IMG/VR virus record: IMGVR_UViG_3300034104_002622
Location: 1 to 64,000 of that record
DNA length: 64,000 bases
Direction: 5' to 3' (one strand)
Source: a virus
Each line of letters begins with the position of its first letter. Positions within the stretch are counted from its first letter, which is position 1. The notes under the pieces were generated by a model. It was not told the origin of the DNA, did no database searches, and saw only the letters and a list, made by a program, of their open reading frames with translations. Positions 56,133-63,492 of this stretch are shown here, in pieces. Made by a program: the position numbers and the translations under genes.

Positions 56133-56452
56133 GGCTTATGGGTTAGGGATTGGAGGGCTTCGGTTGCAACAAATCTAGCTCCGTGACCATTATCGCATTG
56201 GAGGTCTGAGTAATCGAATGTCGTAATCATTTGCAACGCTTCCACCAGCCTGTCGCGCTCGTCTAATGTCTGTGCCAGTTTCTTGCCCATGCGCTCGTTG
56301 GCATCGTTTAGTTCTCGGCAAACACTCGACATCCTCCATTGCTCCCGTGCCTCGTCCCGCTCGCGCCTTGCTTCTTTTAAGAGTTCCCATGCAGCCAGTT
56401 CACATTGAAGGTCGTTCTCAGCATCCGTCTTAGGTGTTGGTTGTGTATTCAT
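56129..56452 (-). CDS. Modular coiled-coil family protein
   Basis: Start MNTQPTPKTD; RERDEARE, ERDRL, QSLT blocks. Confidence 0.7.
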   Translation of the reverse strand: MNTQPTPKTDAENDLQCELAAWELLKEARRERDEAREQWRMSSVCRELNDANERMGKKLAQTLDERDRLVEALQMITTFDYSDLQCDNGHGARFVATEALQSLTHKP

Positions 56453-56811
56453 GGTTCTTTGTTCGGGTTGGTTGTCCACTTTCTAATCGTGCGAAAGAAA
56501 GCTTCTGCGCGTTGGGCGGCGGTTGCGGTAATGCACATATCAAAATCCATTTGTGCTTTTGTTACTCCAGCTTCTCGGCGGATCGCTTTTTTGATTTGTT
56601 GCGTGTATTTCTTTGGGAGATTCGGGTCGCCATAAAGCATTTTCTCGGCTTCGTGCATCGCGTTTAAGTCGTTGCAGTAGTCGGGAAGCTGGTGAACGTC
56701 ACGCGATAGACGCGCTTGTGGCGGTCGCCAGTATCGAATCTGTGAATTTCCCACGTGGGAAATCCATCCGCACGACTCAGCGATGGCGATTCTTTGCGCT
56801 TTTGGTTTCAT
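56449..56811 (-). CDS. Conserved phage protein, paralog of 58387-58842
   Basis: RIAIAESCGW...LPDYCNDLNAMHEAEK...ATAAQRAEAF. Confidence 0.75.
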   Translation of the reverse strand: MKPKAQRIAIAESCGWISHVGNSQIRYWRPPQARLSRDVHQLPDYCNDLNAMHEAEKMLYGDPNLPKKYTQQIKKAIRREAGVTKAQMDFDMCITATAAQRAEAFFRTIRKWTTNPNKEP

Positions 56812-56822
56812 ATTTTTGTAGT

Positions 56823-56954
56823 TCAATATCTCTTTGAGCATCTAGGGCAGATGCCCTGTCCGTGTTTTGTGAACATCAAGGTCGCCCTGCAATCGCGGCA
56901 GAAACCGAGAAACTTGCAGAGTTTTCCGAGGTAGTATCGTAGTTTGTATTTCAT
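56823..56954 (-). CDS. 43-aa Zn-ribbon peptide (founder cassette, copy 2)
   Basis: MKYKLRYYLGKLCKFLGFCRDCRATLMFTKHGQGICPRCSKRY. Confidence 0.75.
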   Translation of the reverse strand: MKYKLRYYLGKLCKFLGFCRDCRATLMFTKHGQGICPRCSKRY

Positions 56955-57002
56955 TGTGATAATTGAATTATAATCGAACAGGTTGATGCGGTGAACGAAG
57001 CG

Positions 57003-57308
57003 TCACCGATCTTGGCTGTTCTCGGAAGAAATTTCCGCAGCCATCTTGTCCATGACAGCTTCAGCCGCCACATGCCCGCGATGTTTCAGCAGTTGCCGGA
57101 TGCGGTGCTTTAGCTTGTTTTCGCTGCGTTCGAGCGCCTTGGCGTGTTCCTCCATCTTTTCGAGGTTGTGCCAGTCTTGCCAGTTGTTCCGCTTTATCTC
57201 TTCGGAGAGAGCGGCGGTCTTGGGAGTTTCGCGGAGTCGCTCGGACAAAGAAGACCGAGAACAAGTCGCCGCACGCAACGGGCTATCACTTTTCAATTTC
57301 TTTTTCAT
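57003..57308 (-). CDS. Cassette-borne hypothetical protein
   Basis: Start MKKKLK in attC loop; ends ENSQDR* in the next attC. Confidence 0.7.
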   Translation of the reverse strand: MKKKLKSDSPLRAATCSRSSLSERLRETPKTAALSEEIKRNNWQDWHNLEKMEEHAKALERSENKLKHRIRQLLKHRGHVAAEAVMDKMAAEISSENSQDR

Positions 57309-57336
57309 GGTCGTTTCAGGTTCGCCCGTGCGTGGG

Positions 57337-57612
57337 CTAGGCGTTAGCAAGATGAAGTTTCACGTAGTCCATCGCCGCCCGTTTCGCTTTGTCCTCGGAG
57401 AGAGGTTCGTCGTTGCAGGAATTGTAAAGCGGCACACTTTTGCCTCTTGCCACCCAATACCAACCTTGCTTCCCGCTGTGTCGGCGAGAATACTCGTAGG
57501 CGTTGGCGTATTCCTCCCCTCCCATGTTGAGCGAGTGTCCGGGATGACCGCTGCATACACCCGCAAGCCCTGTCGGACGCGGATTCTTTTTCCATCTCAA
57601 TGCCTGTTTCAT
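57337..57612 (-). CDS. Cassette-borne conserved phage protein
   Basis: LRWKK...TGLAGV...GWYWVA...AKRAAMDYVK; ends LANA* in attC. Confidence 0.75.
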   Translation of the reverse strand: MKQALRWKKNPRPTGLAGVCSGHPGHSLNMGGEEYANAYEYSRRHSGKQGWYWVARGKSVPLYNSCNDEPLSEDKAKRAAMDYVKLHLANA

Positions 57613-57645
57613 ATTTGTTTGGAGTTTTGGGGTTATTCGGTTTCG

Positions 57646-57882
57646 CTAACAAATCGCCGTATCCAACGGCGGCCAGATCTTTATTTTAGTCGGCGTCCTT
57701 TCCGCCGTGGATAGGTTCGGCGTACACTTTTGGACTTCGATGCAAAGCTGTTCGTAAATCATGGTCGCTTTATAAGGGTGTAGTGTGACCCCTCGGGCTT
57801 TGAAATTCGCCACGATTCGGTGGCGTTCTTCCGAGAGAAAACGAATGAGGCTGTCCGGCTACGGGGGCGGTACTGTATTCAT
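57646..57882 (-). pseudogene. Small ORF with in-frame TAG at codon 8
   Basis: MNTVPPP*PDSLIRFLSEERHRIVANFKARG...; TAG at 57861-57859. Confidence 0.45.
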
Positions 57883-57904
57883 TTGCTGAATTTTTTTATT
57901 GAAA

Positions 57905-58363
57905 TTATACTTTGATAACTAAATGTTCTTTTGAATTGAAAATAGACTCTAATAAATTTTCTAAAGCAATTGAAAGATCTGGGTTATCAAGCAATGGGTT
58001 AGGGCTTTTTAATGATTCTTTAATTTTATTTTTGGTTTCATTTTTATCGAAATATCCAATTGAATCAGCTTTTTGGTATTTTTCTCCAAGTTTATTGAAC
58101 AACGAGTCATTCATAACAAATCTGATGCTTACATCTCCCCGGTAATTTACTTCTACTTCAAGTTCGTTTAGTCGCTTTGGGATAGCGATTATTGCCTTTT
58201 CTTTGATTTCTTCTATGATTTTTTCTTGTTTGATGTTGGCTTCTTCTTTTTGCTTATTGAACTTTTCTTTAGCTTTTACAACTAAAGCTTCGATAAGTTG
58301 AGATTTAGTGGGTTTAGGTTGTGTTTTTTTGATTTTGTTTGGCAGTATTAGTGTTGTATTCAT
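57905..58363 (-). CDS. Hypothetical protein
   Basis: 152 aa, AT-rich. Confidence 0.7.
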   Translation of the reverse strand: MNTTLILPNKIKKTQPKPTKSQLIEALVVKAKEKFNKQKEEANIKQEKIIEEIKEKAIIAIPKRLNELEVEVNYRGDVSIRFVMNDSLFNKLGEKYQKADSIGYFDKNETKNKIKESLKSPNPLLDNPDLSIALENLLESIFNSKEHLVIKV

Positions 58364-58386
58364 ATCGTTTGATTTTATTTTGTGTT

Positions 58387-58842
58387 TTATTTGGAAAGAG
58401 TTTTTACGAAAGCTTCTGCGCGTTGCGCGGCGGTTGCGTCAAGTAAAGTTTCTGCATCCCATTCGTTACGATTTACTTTTCGCTTTTTTATTATGTTGGC
58501 TAAGTGGTCGTTAAAAATACTTCGGAAGCTCCAGTCCATTTCCCAAAGCACTTTTTCCGCTTCGTGCATCGCGTTGAGGTCGCTGAGGTAGTCGGGTAAG
58601 TTTTCTACAACGAAGCATTTTTCTTCTTTGCGAAAAAGCAGGGTTTTAACTGGTTCGTATCCTCCTTGGTAACTATTAAGGGAGGCGTTCCACGTTGGGA
58701 CATCGGCGTATTCACGAGTCCACCCACACGCTTCTGCTATGGCTATTCTGATCGCAGATTTGCTGTTTTGCTGGTCGATCTCTTGCTGGAGTTTGTGCTC
58801 TTTGGCCAGACCCATATCATCTTCTTCGGGGAATCCGTTCAT
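58387..58842 (-). CDS. Conserved phage protein, paralog of 56449-56811
   Basis: RIAIAEACGW...LPDYLSDLNAMHEAEK...ATAAQRAEAF. Confidence 0.75.
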   Translation of the reverse strand: MNGFPEEDDMGLAKEHKLQQEIDQQNSKSAIRIAIAEACGWTREYADVPTWNASLNSYQGGYEPVKTLLFRKEEKCFVVENLPDYLSDLNAMHEAEKVLWEMDWSFRSIFNDHLANIIKKRKVNRNEWDAETLLDATAAQRAEAFVKTLSK

Positions 58843-58991
58843 GGTTGGTAGTCTTGGTGTATTTTTGTGTCGTGATCAAAAGATTCGTAGATTTCTTTTT
58901 TTATTGATTGAATTAATAGTTTTGTATCTTCAATCATTAGTTGCAGTATTAGTATTAGCATTCCTGTTAATGCGAATGTTAGAGTTATCAT
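58839..58991 (-). CDS. 50-aa membrane peptide
   Basis: MITLTFALTGMLILILQLM...; TGA overlaps the next ATG. Confidence 0.55.
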   Translation of the reverse strand: MITLTFALTGMLILILQLMIEDTKLLIQSIKKEIYESFDHDTKIHQDYQP

Positions 58992-59049
58992 ATTATATTG
59001 TTTTGGGAAAGCGTCTCCCCTAGAAATTCTTTATTTAGCCGAGGCTAAA

Positions 59050-59880
59050 AACCCAGTAACTAGGGAATTCGAATTGCTAGAGGAGACATTTACACACACA
59101 CTGAGAAAGTGATTGCCACTGGAGGTAGAGGGCGAGCTACTTGCGCCTCACTCATTCGTTCCATCTCCAGCGGCAAATTGATTGCTTCGCCCATGTTCTA
59201 GTTAGCATGGCTCAACCTGAGGCTTAGTGACTGCTGCTAAAGTCTACTTATTGCCTACGAAGCAAAGGGGTTTTGGTTGTACAAGTTACGTCTCCAAGAG
59301 TGGGATTGCACCATCTAGTATTCACTGGCATACGCCCTTACTGTTTTCACTTTACAACCAAAATTCATTACGTTTTTGAAAGTGGCAGTCTTTGTCAGCA
59401 ATTGGCGTGTGGAGACGCCTACGTTTTACACAGCAACCAAAGAGCTTATCATACTCATTTGGCTCTTTGCACCCGCTCCGTATCGTGATTACCGGATGCT
59501 GACTCACTGACAAAGACCTTTAGATAGCAGCTTACGGCTGCAAGTCGTAACGACTATGCTCAAACGGTCGTTAAGCGTCAGTGTGGGAGGAGTATTTTCT
59601 GCGTGGCTGCGAGGGCGCATACTCCATGGATATTTCTCACTCTTTAGCCATGACCTCATTTAAGCACCACATCTCAACCTTTGGTCAGGTCGCTCACGTA
59701 TCAGACCTCTGCCTACATGCTGTGACTGATAGCTAATCAGTTTGCCAAGGTGGGTTGAATGGGGCTGGCAAGTGTTCTTTTTTACCCTAAGTAAGATCGT
59801 CAGGTCATGCCCTCACTGCAAAGGCTGAAATGTGGTGACTGCTTACGCCAGTCAATCGAAGTGATGTTTTTTGTAGGCTC
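59050..59880 (-). ncRNA. Large highly structured ncRNA candidate (~830 nt)
   Basis: No credible ORF; many 7-12 bp helices, GNRA loops and G-U pairs on the - strand; a long-range pseudoknot. Confidence 0.75.
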
Positions 59881-59900
59881 ACTTATTTATCCCAGATTGT

Positions 59901-60113
59901 TTAGAACAAAGTGTTTGGAGCAAATTTGAATTTATGCCATCCAGCTTTGTGCTTTTCTTGCGCAAGTGCTTTGCGTTCTTTGTGATCTTGCAACATGGCT
60001 TGATGTTTTTCATGCCTGTCTTGACATTTTTGCGGTGTTTCTTTTGCTTTGAATTGCGGAGTCCATTTTGTTATGAATTCGATTTTATCGCTGTATTTTA
60101 CTGGGTTTGTCAT
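59901..60113 (-). CDS. Hypothetical basic protein
   Basis: 70-aa ORF. Confidence 0.55.
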   Translation of the reverse strand: MTNPVKYSDKIEFITKWTPQFKAKETPQKCQDRHEKHQAMLQDHKERKALAQEKHKAGWHKFKFAPNTLF

Positions 60114-60148
60114 GATTGAGTTGGTTAAAAAAAGTGGAGATGGGAGAG

Positions 60149-60688
60149 TTACCTATTGGTAAGAGTTCTGTATTTTCCGGTTTTTGACAATTGGTAAGAT
60201 AGTGATGAAGGGCTAATTCCGTATTTTAATTTTAGTTTTTTGTATCCGAGTCCAGCTTTGTGATCTGCTCGAACTTCCGCCCATGTTTCATCTGTGTGAC
60301 GGCTTGCTGATCTTGATGCTTTTTGTGCGTGAAGTCTTCTTTCTTTTGGGCATCTATCCATTGCATTTTCCGATCCTGTTCCTAAGCGGATGTTTTGAGG
60401 AGTGTTATTTAGGGAGTTCCCATCAAGATGTCTTGTGTGTATGGAATTTTTTAAAGCATCTTCGCCAAATAGCTGAAAAGCTAGTAGTCGATGCACTTTT
60501 ACTGGGTAGCGTTTGGAATTACCTATTCCTACGTTGAAAACATAATACGGGATTGGGTTTTGTCCTGTTCCTGATTTTGTGATTTGTAGTTTTCGGGTTT
60601 TTCCTATTGCATTGCATACACTTCCATCATTCATTACTCGATAGCCTTTCTTGAACGCTATTCTGATTGCTTCTTTTGTTTTAGACAT
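60149..60688 (-). CDS. Free-standing HNH homing endonuclease
   Basis: VHRLLA...RHLDGNSLNN...N...N plus C-terminal HTH; likely start MSKTKE. Confidence 0.85.
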   Translation of the reverse strand: MSKTKEAIRIAFKKGYRVMNDGSVCNAIGKTRKLQITKSGTGQNPIPYYVFNVGIGNSKRYPVKVHRLLAFQLFGEDALKNSIHTRHLDGNSLNNTPQNIRLGTGSENAMDRCPKERRLHAQKASRSASRHTDETWAEVRADHKAGLGYKKLKLKYGISPSSLSYQLSKTGKYRTLTNR

Positions 60689-60736
60689 GTTCAAACTTAC
60701 TTGATTAAGGGTTTGATGCAAGTCTTAATTTGGAAC

Positions 60737-61128
60737 TGGAGCTGGCGGGAGTCGAACCCGCGTCCACAACACTGTTAAATACATTTTCTACAAGCTTAGT
60801 CCTTTCGGACATTGGGGACGCTGGTTAGGCGACCTTCCACCACTCAGTTTTTACGCCGCTGAGTTGCGTTGTTTGCCTTACTGTTTCAGGTCATCCGCCC
60901 GAAGGCACGGCGTAGGATGATCTTACCCGGTTTGTTTCCCTTCGTAGAGCGAGCGTTTCGGAGGGCGTGTTTTGCTTAGGCTACGAGAGCAACTGTGTTG
61001 CTTCCGAAGTTTCCGCGAATGACGTTGTTGCCATTTGTTTGTTTTGAGCGGCTTATTAAAGAGGCCAGCCGATCAACCTCTACTTGCTTATGTATCCTAT
61101 CGCGTTGTGTCGAAACCATTACAGCCCC
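60737..61128 (-). ncRNA. ssrA: tmRNA (392 nt), tag (A)GNNVIRGNFGSNTVALVA
   Basis: 5' GGGGCTGTAATGGTTTCGAC; 3' GGACGCGGGTTCGACTCCCGCCAGCTCCA with G3-U70 acceptor pair; tag ORF 61032-60976; CCA not encoded. Confidence 0.95.
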
Positions 61129-61145
61129 GTAAGATTGATATTGCT

Positions 61146-61190
61146 AAAAAAAGTGATAGCTCCACCCAAGATTTTGTCAAGGGTGGAGCT
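61146..61190 (-). terminator. Intrinsic terminator
   Basis: AGCTCCACCC...GGGTGGAGCT followed by a T7 run on the - strand. Confidence 0.75.
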
Positions 61191-61198
61191 AGGTATGA

Positions 61199-61651
61199 TT
61201 AGAACGCTACGTCAAGCGATGTTGGAGCTGTGAAAGCTGCGTCCAACTCGTCAAGATCAACGTCTTCAGCTTCTGTGCTGTTGTCTGGACCGACATAGCG
61301 AACTTTGGCTTGGATGCGTCCATTGTATTCTTCGTGTTCGATGCGTAGTGCGCATTTCTGATTTACAATTTGTGCAACGTCTTTGAAGGACTCGATGCTG
61401 AATGCTTCTTTGACTTGTTTTGCTGTGTTTTGCGCTGCTGCTGGTGTCGAGCAATACATTTCGTGGTTCACGATGCGCGTTCCTGTGTCGCAATCAAGTG
61501 CAAGGTGAAGCTTGCCGTTGCGATTACGGCGCATTGCTGCACCAATTACGACTGCATTGTGAATCCCGGGCTTAATAAGTCCGATGAACGGTGCGTTGGT
61601 GATGTTAGGTGCTGCTGCTGTTTCGATTTGTTCTGTAGTTTCAGTGTTCAT
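61199..61651 (-). CDS. DUF669-like / SSB-like protein
   Basis: PGIHNA...IEHEEYNG...KVRYV, acidic tail ending in F. Confidence 0.65.
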   Translation of the reverse strand: MNTETTEQIETAAAPNITNAPFIGLIKPGIHNAVVIGAAMRRNRNGKLHLALDCDTGTRIVNHEMYCSTPAAAQNTAKQVKEAFSIESFKDVAQIVNQKCALRIEHEEYNGRIQAKVRYVGPDNSTEAEDVDLDELDAAFTAPTSLDVAF

Positions 61652-61764
61652 TGTTTTTCCTTTTTGTTTGTTTTAGATTGTGCGTTGTCGTTGTGTCGCA
61701 CCCCACTGCTTGTTCTATTTCGTATCTTTTACATACTATAACCTCAAGCGCGAAGCGCTCCCGA

Positions 61765-63492
61765 CTAACTCAGGAGTGCGTCGAGTGTAGAGGCGAATTC
61801 TTTTGCTGCGGCTTTTTCACGAATGAGCATACCGAAGCGGTTATGAGTGATGCTGTTTTCTACTGCTTTGCGACGGCGAAGCTGTTTTGCATCATTTAAG
61901 GTGCATGAAATCACTTTGCGGTTCATGTAGCGTGATGGCGACATGATGAACGTGGTTTCAGGCTCAATGTTGTTATCTGGTGCAATGGTCATGCACGGCA
62001 GGGTTTTGACTGGCTCCATCACGGATTTCTCCGTTCTTCCCATTGTCCACATATTGTGGGTTTGGGGATACCAGTAGCGACTTACATCTTGGGATGAGGA
62101 CTCAGTGCAGAATGCGTTGTGCAGTGTTGTGAGGCGTGTAAGGCGCTCAATCTTCTCTTGCATCCATTCGATGATTTGCTCGCTAAGCTCATTCGGCTCC
62201 TGCTTCATGCAACGCTCGATGGTTGCTTTGGCGCTCTCAATGCCTTCGTGGAGGTAGTCCTCGGTGAAGGCTTTGGATTGCGCGTCTCCCATCGTGATGC
62301 CGCTCTCAGACCGCTCTATGACGCTGGAAACAGCGCGGAACAGTTCAAGCTCGTCATCATCTTCGGCAAACTTGGATAGATCAATGAAGACTTGATCGTC
62401 CTCACGCTGTGGAAAGCAGGTTAGGAACTCTTCTTCTTCGTTCATGAAGTCCACAACTTCGCCGTTTTCGTTCTCAATTGCCAAGTCTGAGCTTTCGCTG
62501 AGTAAGTGGTAATCAAGCTGTGAAAGGCTTAATGGAGCCTGATACGCTTCGTGGCCTTCAGGAATACCCTTGTTGGGGTTGTCCTGTGTAAGCTCGTTGT
62601 TTGCATCAACCCAATAGCTAGATGGTGTGCATTTTGGATTCAACCTCCAGCCGATGTAAACCAGCCAGACGTTGCCTTGCCATGCCGATGTGTAGCTTGG
62701 GAGCCACTTGTAGCATTGTTCAATCTCACCCTTGTCGTTTGTCCACTCAATGAGCGGTGCTTCTAGGATTTGATTGAGGACTGCGGTGTCTCCACCTACA
62801 GGCACGATTCCTATGCGCGTAGCGATGTTTCTAAGAGCCCTTGACGGATACTTGTTCAGTATCGGAGCCAAGGAGCCTTGCGAAGCTCCTAGGTTGACGA
62901 TACGGCCATCTGGGAGCTTCATCGCATAGTAGGCTTCAGCGTGTGCCTTGCCTTTAACTGCTGGTGGCAACTCGTGAATCACCGAATCAACCCATTGGAA
63001 CCGATCTCCAACCTTTTCCTTTTTAGCCACGGCTAAATTAGCATAGTTGGATGGTGTTTGATGCTTGGATTGTTCTGCTTTCCACGCTTTGCGCGACTTT
63101 ACCGACTCAACTGCGTAGCAAGCTGCTGCCAGCCTGTCTTCTACGCTTTCAAGTCCTTCTTTGGCACGGTCAATGATGGCAATCTCATCTTTCTCCAGCC
63201 CGTAACGGCCAAAGTTGCGATAGATCATCAGCTTTTGCTGCCACATTGCGTTTGCGAGCTGCCGGGATTCGGCAAATTTCGCCATTTCATCAGCCATTGA
63301 ACTCATCACTGGGTCGTTGGCGATTAGTTCATTCAGTGGCACTCGCGGTGCAAGCTGGATAAACGGTGCTGGTTTGATGAAGTTGCGAGCGAACGCTTCT
63401 TCCAGTTGGCACACGATGTCGTGTGGGGTGACGCTATTCTCTGCCAGAGCGTCAATTGCGGCGTTAGGATATGCTGTAACCGATTTTGTCAT
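61765..63492 (-). CDS. Large hypothetical early protein
   Basis: Likely start MTKSV; flanked by two GAA hairpin elements; no motif recognised. Confidence 0.75.
   Translation of the reverse strand: MTKSVTAYPNAAIDALAENSVTPHDIVCQLEEAFARNFIKPAPFIQLAPRVPLNELIANDPVMSSMADEMAKFAESRQLANAMWQQKLMIYRNFGRYGLEKDEIAIIDRAKEGLESVEDRLAAACYAVESVKSRKAWKAEQSKHQTPSNYANLAVAKKEKVGDRFQWVDSVIHELPPAVKGKAHAEAYYAMKLPDGRIVNLGASQGSLAPILNKYPSRALRNIATRIGIVPVGGDTAVLNQILEAPLIEWTNDKGEIEQCYKWLPSYTSAWQGNVWLVYIGWRLNPKCTPSSYWVDANNELTQDNPNKGIPEGHEAYQAPLSLSQLDYHLLSESSDLAIENENGEVVDFMNEEEEFLTCFPQREDDQVFIDLSKFAEDDDELELFRAVSSVIERSESGITMGDAQSKAFTEDYLHEGIESAKATIERCMKQEPNELSEQIIEWMQEKIERLTRLTTLHNAFCTESSSQDVSRYWYPQTHNMWTMGRTEKSVMEPVKTLPCMTIAPDNNIEPETTFIMSPSRYMNRKVISCTLNDAKQLRRRKAVENSITHNRFGMLIREKAAAKEFASTLDALLS

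Larger units (their letters stand above)
56821..57728 (+). mobile_element. attC cassette array 3 (3 attC sites, founder plus 2 cassettes)
   Basis: attC at 56973-57024, 57256-57349, 57644-57728 (last core is GTA); ends GTTCAAT/ATCGAAC, GTTCTCG/CGAGAAC, GTTAGCA/CGCTAAC. Confidence 0.88.

Noticed and set aside
53540-57714. + strand ORFs over the cassettes (53540-54325, 57046-57714) as the true cassette genes
   Set aside because: They cross several attC sites, have atypical composition, and the - strand ORFs carry recognisable phage motifs and coupled starts
57859-57861. Genome-wide TAG recoding
   Set aside because: Single case; genes are intact under the standard code, TAG ends real genes (e.g. 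32904), and no suppressor tRNA was seen
59050-59880. Group I/II intron or RNase P RNA
   Set aside because: It does not interrupt a gene, and I found no group I core, domain V or RNase P GAGGAAAGUCC-type motifs by eye; needs an Infernal check
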